NCBI GenBank assembly: GCA_029862975.1 | Contig: JAOTWP010000002.1 | Coordinates: 26,287 to 90,286, forward strand | Length of the DNA: 64,000 nucleotides | Reading direction: 5' to 3' | Source: Acidobacteriota bacterium | GTDB lineage: Bacteria > Acidobacteriota > Thermoanaerobaculia > Multivoradales > JAHEKO01 | Part shown: one piece after another, positions 39,678 to 48,025 of the stretch | How positions within the stretch are numbered: the first letter of the stretch is position 1 | Layout of the letters: each line of letters starts with the position of its first letter | Program-made: the position numbers and the translations under genes | Notes under the pieces: generated by a model | The model's database searches: none | Told to the model about the DNA's origin: nothing | The model's input: the letters and a program-made list of their open reading frames with translations, nothing else

Positions 39678-40396
39678 CAAGACTCCTCCGGTGGCGGCGG
39701 CACGGCGACGAACCAGGCATCCTCGGCATGCCGCTCCGGGGCAAGGAAGGCGACGACCTGGAACGGCGTGCTCTCGTAGAGCTGGCACAGCCGCTGCGGC
39801 TCATGGGCGGGAATCAGCGCGTAGTCGACGCCGGCCTCTCCGCCTTCGACGAAGCCACGGAGCCGCTCGCGATCGATCCGCTCGTCGACGAGGGGATCCC
39901 CGTCGAGCGGACGGGCGATCGCCAGCCGCGCGGCGCCGAACCCCGCGAGACGGGGGTACACCGCTTCGACGCTGTGCCCGCAGAGATTGATGAACGTGAC
40001 GAGCGAAGCATGATTGTGGGGCGCCAGGACGGCGCGCTGGGCGCCACAGCCGCGCAGCGACGCCGCAAGCGCCGAGTGGGTGACGAGATCGGCGCCGAGA
40101 CGCCGCCCCGCGAGCTCCTCCGCCACGGCCAGGCTGACGCAGTAGGAGGTGCTCTCTGCGTCGCCGTAGGTGCACTCGAGCAGCGAAGCGACGATCCGTC
40201 CGGCCCCGTCCTCGAGCAGAAGCGGATGGCCGAACCGCACGAACCGATAGAGATCGTAGGCGGTCACCATCTCCAGGGCGGGGGACGAGAAGCGAGTGGC
40301 CAGGAAGGCCTCGATCGCCGGGACGTCGTCGATCCCCGGCGCGCGCAGCCGCAGCCCGAGCCGCGCGAAACGCCGCTCGAGCTGCTCGATGCGCAC
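39677..40396 (-). CDS. GNAT-like acetyltransferase-fold protein (start uncertain).
   Basis: C-terminal ~200 aa show a GNAT-like pattern (GRRLGADLVTHSALAASLRGCGAQRAVL). The proposed GTG start at 40396 (VRIEQLERRF) is weak. The stop overlaps the downstream ATG by 1 nt (TGATG). Confidence 0.35.
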   Translation of the reverse strand: MRIEQLERRFARLGLRLRAPGIDDVPAIEAFLATRFSSPALEMVTAYDLYRFVRFGHPLLLEDGAGRIVASLLECTYGDAESTSYCVSLAVAEELAGRRLGADLVTHSALAASLRGCGAQRAVLAPHNHASLVTFINLCGHSVEAVYPRLAGFGAARLAIARPLDGDPLVDERIDRERLRGFVEGGEAGVDYALIPAHEPQRLCQLYESTPFQVVAFLAPERHAEDAWFVAVPPPPEES

Positions 40397-40488
40397 TCGC
40401 TGCCCGGGCCCCCGGGCACCCCCCGGCTCGGCCCGCTCCTCACAGAGGGCTCTCGGCTTGTGCCGGACGGCGGCAGGCCGCGAGGCGA

Positions 40489-43191
40489 TCACCGATCGCC
40501 GCCGCTTCCGGTGGGAGAGGAGATCCCGACGCGAAGCGACAGGACTCTTCCGGGCTGCGGCAGGATCGACGCGAAGAACGTTCCGTCCGCCAGCCTCACG
40601 CCGGGGTCCGAGTAGGTCTCGGCCAGCAGATTCGTGGCCGACAGCCGAAGCGACCACCGAGACGCGGGTCGACGGTAAGCGAGCGCCCCGTCGAGGACGA
40701 AGTGGGAGTCGATGCGGGCGAGCGGATTGAGCGGGACCGTCGTCAGGCGTCCGGTGGGGCGCTCGCCGACGAAGTTGGCCCGCAGGTTGAAGTTCCAACC
40801 ATCGTCGCGGTGGTAGTTCGCCCCGGCGTTCGCGCGGTGACTGGCGATGTCGCCGATCCTTCGTTCCTCGAGGGTCTGCGTCGTCGCGCTCAAGACCTCG
40901 CCCTTGGGGTCGGTAAAGGTGTAGTTGGCGTAGAGGTCCCAAGCGCCGCGCTGCCAGGAGGCGGTCGCCTGGAGACCGCTGATCTCGCGGCCGCCGCGAT
41001 TGACGTTGCGCCCGGTTCCCGAATCGCCGAACGGCTCGATGGCAACGGCGGCGCTGTAGTCGGCGCGATAGTAGGCGAGGTCGAGGTCGAGGTCCTCCCG
41101 CGGCTGCCAGCCGACGCTGAGCTCGAGGTTCTTCACCTTTTCGGGCGCCAGGTCAGGGGCCTGAAGCTCGCGGGTGCTCGGCGCCGTGGCGTAGCGATTG
41201 AAGTTCGACGCGTCCTTGAAGGCCTCGCTGTAGATCGCCTTGACGACATAGCGGTCTCGCAGGTGAATGAGACCGAGCCGCGGGTTGAGGACGGTGCCGT
41301 AGCCCGAGACCGTGACCGGCTCGCCATCGGCGCCAAGGACGTCGCGGCCGGCCTGAGAGACGTGATTGTCGTCCAACCTGCCACCAGCGACGAGCTTCCA
41401 GCGATCGGACAGCCGGTAGCTGGCCTGGGCGAACACGCCGATATCGGTCTGGTCGAACGACTGGCCGCTGGAGCAGTTCTCGGCTCCCCCGCTCGTGACG
41501 CAAAAGAAGGGCTGCTCGCGGGCGTTGGCAAAGCCAACGCCTGCGGGACGCTCGAACCTCAGGTTGTAGTCGCCTTGAATCTGGCTCGTCCGCACCTCGA
41601 GACCGCCGACCAGGCTGAGCCTGCTCGACGGTCGCCAGTTCAGGGTGATCTCGTTCCTGAACTGCTGGGAAGACTGGCTGTACTCGGTCGTCTGGAAGTA
41701 CGCGGGTATCCCGTTGGCGAGATCCTCGGCGTCGAGGCTGCCCTTGCTGTAGTTGCGCAGCTGCAGCTCGCCCGTGCCGTCGGCCAGCTTGTGCCGCTTG
41801 AAGCGGCTGAACACCGTGAGACCGAGCCGCCCCGGAATCAGGTCGTCCGCGTACTTGGCGTAGAAGAAGAGCTGGCTGGGGATCCACAGGGTGCCGCTGT
41901 CGGCGCCGGTGAACAGCTGGTCGGTAAACCAGCTCGTAAAGCCCTCCTCGCGCCGCCACGTCTGGAAGCCGGCCGTGAACTTGCGGGAGACGGAGATCCG
42001 GCCGTGGATCAGCCAGTCATCGGTGCGATCCGAGAACCGCAGGGGAGCGCCGAGGCTCGACAGCGCAGCCTTGTCGAGGTCGCGGGCGAGCGCGGCACCC
42101 TCACCCAGATGATCGTAGCCGCCGCGATCGAAGTAGAGGTCGTAGAAGCCGGGATCGTAGTCCCAGTAGCGAACGGACGACGGCGTCGCCGGGTCTCCGG
42201 GCAGAAAGCGCGGCCCCGAGAAGCCGGAGAGGTCGAGCTCGTCCGAGGTGTAGGTACGCGCGGCGAGAGAGAACGCGACCTTGCCCAGCACGCGACCGGC
42301 GACGAGAGCGTCGACGAAGCTCGTGCCCAGCTCGGCACCGCCGACCTCGACGTCGTAGAAGAACGATTCGCCCTCCGGCGTCAGATTCTCGGGGTCCTTG
42401 GTGATCACGTTGATGACGCCGACGAAGGCGTTGGGACCGTACATCGTCGTGGCGGGCCCGTAGATCACCTCCACGCGCTCGATGTTGCGCAACGGATACT
42501 GGCGAGAGACGTAGGCGATGTTCGACCACAGATCGTTCTCCTCGACGCCGTCGACGAGAAACAGGGTCCGGTCGGTGCTGTCGGAGCGATAGCCGCGAGG
42601 ATAGACGTTGGAGTAGAGAATTCCGTTGCCGCGCGAGATGTCGAACCCGGGCAGGTCATGAAGCACCGCTGCGAGATCGAGATACCCGCGGCGGGCGATC
42701 TGCTCGCCGGTGATCACCTCGACGGTGGCCGGCGCTTCGCGGAGACTCTCACTGGTCTTGGAGACTGAGCTCACGACCACCGTCGCGCCGCTCGACTTGA
42801 GCTGGGCCACGAGGCGCTTGAGGCGTGGGGGGTCGGCGCGGGCGGGCTCGTAGGCCGGGAGCTCATCGAGCACACGCGCGATCCAGGTCTCCGCCATCTC
42901 GAACTCGTCGCGTCCGAGATGGGCCTTGGCGAGCAGGATCTCGGCTTCGGTTCGATCCCGCCCACGCAAGCGCTCGTAGCATTCGCCAACGGTCTCCAGA
43001 ACGAGGTCGAACCGGCCGAGTCGGTAGGAATCCTCGGCGCCGTCGAGGTCGCAAGCGACGCCCTCGCCGGAGGCCTGGGCTCGCAGCCCGCCCGCACCCA
43101 GGAGGAAGGCGACCACCGCGATCGGCAGCAGGCCTCGCCGGCGCCGCGCCAGGCCTTTCGTGGCTCGACTCCTAAGGACAGGTTGCCTCAT
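40489..43191 (-). CDS. TonB-dependent outer-membrane receptor.
   Basis: Signal peptide. N-terminal extension and plug domain (TVVVSSVSKTSESLREAPATVEVITGEQI, TonB-box-like), IYGPATTMYGPNAFVGVINVITK, and a 22-strand barrel-length C-terminus. Confidence 0.8.
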   Translation of the reverse strand: MRQPVLRSRATKGLARRRRGLLPIAVVAFLLGAGGLRAQASGEGVACDLDGAEDSYRLGRFDLVLETVGECYERLRGRDRTEAEILLAKAHLGRDEFEMAETWIARVLDELPAYEPARADPPRLKRLVAQLKSSGATVVVSSVSKTSESLREAPATVEVITGEQIARRGYLDLAAVLHDLPGFDISRGNGILYSNVYPRGYRSDSTDRTLFLVDGVEENDLWSNIAYVSRQYPLRNIERVEVIYGPATTMYGPNAFVGVINVITKDPENLTPEGESFFYDVEVGGAELGTSFVDALVAGRVLGKVAFSLAARTYTSDELDLSGFSGPRFLPGDPATPSSVRYWDYDPGFYDLYFDRGGYDHLGEGAALARDLDKAALSSLGAPLRFSDRTDDWLIHGRISVSRKFTAGFQTWRREEGFTSWFTDQLFTGADSGTLWIPSQLFFYAKYADDLIPGRLGLTVFSRFKRHKLADGTGELQLRNYSKGSLDAEDLANGIPAYFQTTEYSQSSQQFRNEITLNWRPSSRLSLVGGLEVRTSQIQGDYNLRFERPAGVGFANAREQPFFCVTSGGAENCSSGQSFDQTDIGVFAQASYRLSDRWKLVAGGRLDDNHVSQAGRDVLGADGEPVTVSGYGTVLNPRLGLIHLRDRYVVKAIYSEAFKDASNFNRYATAPSTRELQAPDLAPEKVKNLELSVGWQPREDLDLDLAYYRADYSAAVAIEPFGDSGTGRNVNRGGREISGLQATASWQRGAWDLYANYTFTDPKGEVLSATTQTLEERRIGDIASHRANAGANYHRDDGWNFNLRANFVGERPTGRLTTVPLNPLARIDSHFVLDGALAYRRPASRWSLRLSATNLLAETYSDPGVRLADGTFFASILPQPGRVLSLRVGISSPTGSGGDR

Positions 43192-46100
43192 AGGGGAGAT
43201 CCTCGGGGAAGAAGCGCGCCCATTGCGCGCTGGTTAGACTTCGCGACAGGCGCGAGCAGATCGCGGCGACGAGCTCCTCGCTGCCGGTGGCCCAGCTGCG
43301 GACCGCGCCGTCGGCGCCGCCGGAGAAGAGCCGCCGGACGTCCGGGTGGAAGGCGACCGCCCAGACCCAGGAGTCGTGGCCGGAAAGAACGAGCGGATCG
43401 CTCTCGTAGAGGGGACCCGACCAGATCCTCACGGTACCGTCGGAGCCCGCCGAAGCGAGGAGCTCGCCATCTCTGGCGAAGCGCAACGAGTTGACGCTCG
43501 AGCGGTGGCCGACGAGGCGGCGCGGCGCGGCGTTCGAGCCGAGCTGCCAGAGGAAGACGTCGCCGCGCAAGTTGCCGACGGCGACGACGTCTCCGGCGGG
43601 GTGAAAGGCGAGCGACCGGACGTCGGTCAGACCCGGGTCGCCGCCGCCGCGCCCGCCGACGACCGTGGCGAGCGAGAGCTCGTAGCGGCGGCGAAACGCC
43701 CCGTCTGCGGCTTGCCACACGCGGACGAGGCCCTCTCCTCCGGCGGCCGCCAGCAGGCTCGCGTCGGGAGCGAAGTCGACCGCCGTGACCCTTCCCGAGA
43801 TCTCGAGATCGCTGCCCGACGCGGGATCGGCCGCTTCGCTCCACACCCGTACCCGGCCGCTGGAAAGTCCTGCGGCAAGCGTGCCGGAAGACGAGAAGGC
43901 GAGCGCGGAGACGATCGCTCCCGGTTCGAAGAAGACTTCCGTCTCCGCGGGAGAGGCGCCGAGCGCGAGGATCCGGACACGCCCCTCGACGTCGCCCACT
44001 GCGAGGCGCCCACCCTCGGCATCGAGGGCGAGGGAGCGCACGCCGGCGCCCGGCGCCAGGGAGAGCGGCTTCATGGCGGGAGCACTCGGGTCGAGAACGT
44101 GGATCTGCCCGCTGTCGTCTCCCGAGACGAGGATCGAGCCATCGGCAGCCACCGCCAACGCCCGGACCTGATCGTCATGCCCGGGGAGCCGCCCGCGGGT
44201 CGGATCGAGCTTCGACACAGCGCCCAGGAGGGCATCGTAGATCTCCGCGTTGCGGGGCTCTCCCTCGCTCGACCGATTGAGGCGGTAGGCCTCGACCGCG
44301 ATCAGCGCGGCGAGCTCTGGACCCTCCTCGGCTGCGAGACGGGGCACGCTCACCGCCAGGCGGCGGGCGAGCTCGAGCCGCCGGAGTCGCTGGGTCTTGG
44401 CCTCGGCAGCGCGCGCCTGTCGGGCCGCCTGCTCCGCTTCACCCTGGCTCTTGAGGGCGAGCTGCTCGTTGCGAGCCGCTTCCCGCCTGGCCCTCGCTTC
44501 CAGCGCCTGCGCCTCGAGCGCTCGCGCCCTCTCCTCCTCGGCCCGGCTCTGGGCACGCAGCGCCGTCTGCTCGCTGGCGACGGCCTTCTCCCGCGCAAGC
44601 CTCTCGGCCGCCTGGGCCGAGAGTGCCCGTGCCCTGTCCTCTTCGGCCCGCCGCTTGCTGCGCAAGGCCTCCTCCTCGCTCGCGAGCGCTTCCTCCTTGG
44701 CCCTGGCCTCGCGCGCTACCGCCACTTCGGCACGACCGAGCGCTTCGTCGGCCTGGCCCTTGGCGACCAGCGCCCAGCCGAAGAGAACAAGGATGACGCC
44801 GACCGCCAACGCCGAACCCAGCGCGACCATCCGCAACCCTCGCAGCTTGCGCCTGCGGCGCTGATCCTCGCGGGCCATTTCGCGCTCGCGCTCCGCGCGG
44901 CTGAGCTCGAGGAACGTCGCGGCGCGCTCGTACGAGGGGTCGTAGCGCTGCGCCCAGGCCTCGGTGGGCTGGGCCGACTCGCGCCAGCTGAGCGCCAGCT
45001 GCAGCTCGGGATCGCGCAGCAGCCCGCCCTGGCCATCCTGGTAGCGCGCCGCCGCCGCCGCCAGACGCAGGTAGACCTGGGCGCCCTGGGCCTCCTGATC
45101 CACGAGCCTGCGCAGCCGGGTCCAGACTCGCATCAGGCTCTCGTGCGAGATGTCGACGACGGAATCCGACCGCAGCTCCTTGCCGACCGGAGGGATGAGG
45201 AACGAGCGCCCCGGGCTGCGAAAGACCTCGACCACCCTGCGCACCTCCGATTCCGACAGGCCGGTCACGGCGCAGATCTCCGCCACGCTCGACGGACGGC
45301 GGATCCCGCGGCCGTCGATACCCTTCTCGGTGATGCACTTGAAGAGCTTCTCGGCGCCGTCGATCGCCCCCTCGGTGCCGAGCTCCACGAGTGCTTCTTC
45401 GGCGTGCAGGGACAGCGCTTCGCGGGTCGTACCGATGGCCTCGTAGTGACGCAGATCGAGGGGCTCGTCATCGATGTGGTTGCGCTCCCAATAGTCCCAG
45501 GTCCGCATCAGGGAGTGCTGGAGGATCGGCAGCTCATCGGGGTCGTCGCCGCCGTCGTTGAGCAGCCGGAGAACCAGCCGCTCGGCGATCTCGGCGCCAC
45601 CCACCGCCACCGGGCCGGTGATCGCCGAGCGCCGCTCTTCGCGCGTCATCCGCGGGATCAAGTAGAGGCCGCGGTTGATCGCGCCTGGCAGATCCTGGAA
45701 CTCCGTGCAGTTGCCCAGGAAGTCGGAGCGCATCGTGAGCACCACGAAGATCGGACGTTGCTGCTGCCTCGAAGCCTCGAGAAGCAGGGTCATGAAGGCG
45801 GTCGATTCGTCTGTGGAGGCGAGCCGCGCGGCGCTGCGCTTGAAGCGGAAGATCTCCTCGAACTGATCGACGAGGATCAACAGGTTCTCGTCCTCGGGGA
45901 GCCCGGATTGCCGGACGGCCTCCGTCAGACCCTGGCCGCCACGGCGCAGCGTCGCCTCGATGATGGCGCTGCGCGTGGCGTGGGGCGTGCCGTCGGCTGG
46001 CAGCACTTCCGGATCGCCGAGGCTGGCGGCGAGGTTGCCGAGCGGATCGTCGCCCGGACGCAGGATCGCGATCCGCCAGGAGGATCCGGCCGCGGCGAGG

Positions 46101-46318
46101 TAGCCGCTGTAGAGATAGGGGATCAGACCGGAGCGCACGAGAGACGACTTGCCGCTGCCGGACGCTCCGACGACGGTGAGGAATCGAGACCTGTCGAGAC
46201 GTGCCAGCAGCTCGTCCACCTCCGACTCGCGGCCGAAGAAGAGGTGGTCCTCCCCCGGCTCGAACGGTCTCAGGCCTGGAAACGGATTGAACGTCGTCGT
46301 GGCGTTCGAAACTGCCAT
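43172..46318 (-). CDS. STAND-class P-loop NTPase with a single TM helix, a long coiled-coil and a C-terminal WD40 beta-propeller.
   Basis: N-terminus FFGRESEVDELLARLDRSRFLTVVGASGSGKSSLVRSGLIPYL (Walker A). Walker B LLILVDQFEE. TM helix LRMVALGSALAVGVILVLFGWALVA. ~200 aa of Ala/Glu/Arg-rich heptad-like sequence follow. Then come at least six WD-like repeats (GHDDQVRALAV..., GHRSSVNSLRF..., SGHDSWVWAVAF...). Confidence 0.75.
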   Translation of the reverse strand: MAVSNATTTFNPFPGLRPFEPGEDHLFFGRESEVDELLARLDRSRFLTVVGASGSGKSSLVRSGLIPYLYSGYLAAAGSSWRIAILRPGDDPLGNLAASLGDPEVLPADGTPHATRSAIIEATLRRGGQGLTEAVRQSGLPEDENLLILVDQFEEIFRFKRSAARLASTDESTAFMTLLLEASRQQQRPIFVVLTMRSDFLGNCTEFQDLPGAINRGLYLIPRMTREERRSAITGPVAVGGAEIAERLVLRLLNDGGDDPDELPILQHSLMRTWDYWERNHIDDEPLDLRHYEAIGTTREALSLHAEEALVELGTEGAIDGAEKLFKCITEKGIDGRGIRRPSSVAEICAVTGLSESEVRRVVEVFRSPGRSFLIPPVGKELRSDSVVDISHESLMRVWTRLRRLVDQEAQGAQVYLRLAAAAARYQDGQGGLLRDPELQLALSWRESAQPTEAWAQRYDPSYERAATFLELSRAEREREMAREDQRRRRKLRGLRMVALGSALAVGVILVLFGWALVAKGQADEALGRAEVAVAREARAKEEALASEEEALRSKRRAEEDRARALSAQAAERLAREKAVASEQTALRAQSRAEEERARALEAQALEARARREAARNEQLALKSQGEAEQAARQARAAEAKTQRLRRLELARRLAVSVPRLAAEEGPELAALIAVEAYRLNRSSEGEPRNAEIYDALLGAVSKLDPTRGRLPGHDDQVRALAVAADGSILVSGDDSGQIHVLDPSAPAMKPLSLAPGAGVRSLALDAEGGRLAVGDVEGRVRILALGASPAETEVFFEPGAIVSALAFSSSGTLAAGLSSGRVRVWSEAADPASGSDLEISGRVTAVDFAPDASLLAAAGGEGLVRVWQAADGAFRRRYELSLATVVGGRGGGDPGLTDVRSLAFHPAGDVVAVGNLRGDVFLWQLGSNAAPRRLVGHRSSVNSLRFARDGELLASAGSDGTVRIWSGPLYESDPLVLSGHDSWVWAVAFHPDVRRLFSGGADGAVRSWATGSEELVAAICSRLSRSLTSAQWARFFPEDLPYEATCP

Positions 46319-46327
46319 GATCGTCTC

Positions 46328-47821
46328 CTATGCCTCCACCGCCGCCAGGAAAGGCTCGAGCGACTCGACCGAGAGGCTGTCCGGACACTTGATGACGACC
46401 GCTTCGTGGGTCCGGAACTGCTCCTTCTCCGGCGATGCCGGCTGGGCCACCAGGATCGCCTTCGCGCGCATCGGCTCGGTGCGGCCATAGCCGGCGATCT
46501 TCTTGAGCTCGCGGAGCTTGGAGCGCAGCCAGAGCGACTTCGCATGGCCGTAGTAGATGAGGACTGCGTCGCAGATCTTGAGATTCTCCTCGTGGTCCGT
46601 CCGGACCTCGGAGGCCTCCCCCTCGAAGATCGGCAGCGCGACCTCGAGGCCGCGGTCGTAGAGTAGATCCCCCACCGTTCGCACCTCGTCGATGTCCTTG
46701 CGGTCGCAGATCAGGTAGACCAGGCTCGGGCCGTCCCCGCCGGCCGCGGCGGCCCTCGACCCGCCGTTGGCGGTCACCTTCGGCGCCAGCTTGCCGAGGA
46801 TGGCCGCCTTGAGCTCCTCGAGCGAGGTCTCGAAGAGATCCGCGCCGCCGAGAGTGGCCGGGTCGGTGCGCAGGGCTTGAAGCAGGCTGCGCTGTCGCTC
46901 GTCCTCCGCCTCGACGCCAGGCTGGATCCAGACGACGCGATCGAAGCCGGCGCCGGCGGCCCGCTCGATGGAGAGCCGGTTCTGAAGGTCGGCGAGCGAG
47001 TGGTTGGCGCCTTCGGGAACCACGCCGTAGCTCTTCCCCATGAGGTGAACCGACAGCTGGCACCGGGCGAGGATCTCGGGCACCCGGCGGGCGATCTCCG
47101 AAGCCACGGGTGGCAGGGCCTCCTGCGGCTCGACCGTGTAGCCGCGTTGGACGAGGTCGCGCTTGACGGCGTCTCGCGCTTCCCTGAGCCCGAAGGTCGC
47201 CTCCGCGAGGAAGACCCGTTTGCCGGAACCCTCGGCCGGGGACTTCATGGCCGGAGCCGGAGCACCCTCCGCGGCGGCGGCCTCCGATTCCAGGAGCCGA
47301 GCGATGTCCGAGGCCAGATCGTCGAGGGCCGACCAGTACTTGCGCTCTCGCTCCGGTCCCGAGAAGAGGTTGTACTCACGGACCCGCTCGGTCTCGGGAT
47401 CGAGGGAGAAGAAGTCGTAGCCCAACAGGCCGCGGATCTCCTCCGGCTGGCTCTCGAGAGGAATCGGGGTCTTCGTCACCTTGAAGAGACGGCTCTTGTT
47501 CGCGATCGTCAGATCGCCCCCTCGCCGCTTCGCGTCGAGGAAGCCGGTGAGCTCTCGCAGACACCACTCCGACCGCACGTAACGCGGCGACAGCACGGAG
47601 ACCATCGTCGAGACGCTCGCGAAGCGGTCGGCGATCTCGCCTGCGAAATCGTCGTTGCCCTGCAGCTTGGGATCGCGCCACACTCGCGGCTCGCGGCCCA
47701 GCAACTGCCCGAGGCGGACCTTCAGCGAGTGGTGGAAGCTCGAGACCCACCCCTCCTGGTCGGGAACCAGCGGTTGATTGTCGATGTGCGCGTAGCTGAC
47801 GAAGACGTCGTTCTCTGCCAT
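46328..47821 (-). CDS. TIR-domain protein with two further TIR-like/flavodoxin-fold (DUF4062-like) domains.
   Basis: N-terminus MAENDVFVSYAHIDNQ...WVSSFHHSLKVRL...VLSPRYVRSEWCLREL is a canonical bacterial TIR. Two further Rossmann-like modules follow (KRVFLAEATFG...CQLSVHLMG; SLVYLICDRKD...CDAVLIYYG). The stop lies 9 nt upstream of the NTPase ATG, with AGGAG overlapping the stop. Confidence 0.75.
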   Translation of the reverse strand: MAENDVFVSYAHIDNQPLVPDQEGWVSSFHHSLKVRLGQLLGREPRVWRDPKLQGNDDFAGEIADRFASVSTMVSVLSPRYVRSEWCLRELTGFLDAKRRGGDLTIANKSRLFKVTKTPIPLESQPEEIRGLLGYDFFSLDPETERVREYNLFSGPERERKYWSALDDLASDIARLLESEAAAAEGAPAPAMKSPAEGSGKRVFLAEATFGLREARDAVKRDLVQRGYTVEPQEALPPVASEIARRVPEILARCQLSVHLMGKSYGVVPEGANHSLADLQNRLSIERAAGAGFDRVVWIQPGVEAEDERQRSLLQALRTDPATLGGADLFETSLEELKAAILGKLAPKVTANGGSRAAAAGGDGPSLVYLICDRKDIDEVRTVGDLLYDRGLEVALPIFEGEASEVRTDHEENLKICDAVLIYYGHAKSLWLRSKLRELKKIAGYGRTEPMRAKAILVAQPASPEKEQFRTHEAVVIKCPDSLSVESLEPFLAAVEA

Positions 47822-48025
47822 TCTCAGCTCATCGCCCGCCCGCGCGGTCCACCGCCGCGCCGCTCCCGACGACGCCCTCGAGGGGTTGACTCGAATGGGG
47901 ATGGCACCCTCGATCCCATGCGAGTTGAAAACAAGGTACTACAGATCTTCCCACATCGGCGCGCCGCATCGCACCGGGTGCTCGGTCGTCCGCCGGCTCC
48001 CGGAGGTGCTCGAGAGGGTCCGGCG

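Noticed and set aside
37489-39804. 771-aa minus-strand ORF and 289-aa plus-strand ORF overlapping the transporter-HEAT-cNMP gene.
   Set aside because: They are alternative-frame artefacts with no recognisable domains and low GC3.
43346-46666. 1106-aa + strand ORF antisense to the STAND/WD40 and TIR genes.
   Set aside because: It is antisense to the strongly supported P-loop/WD40 and TIR reading frames and is Arg/Gly-rich junk.
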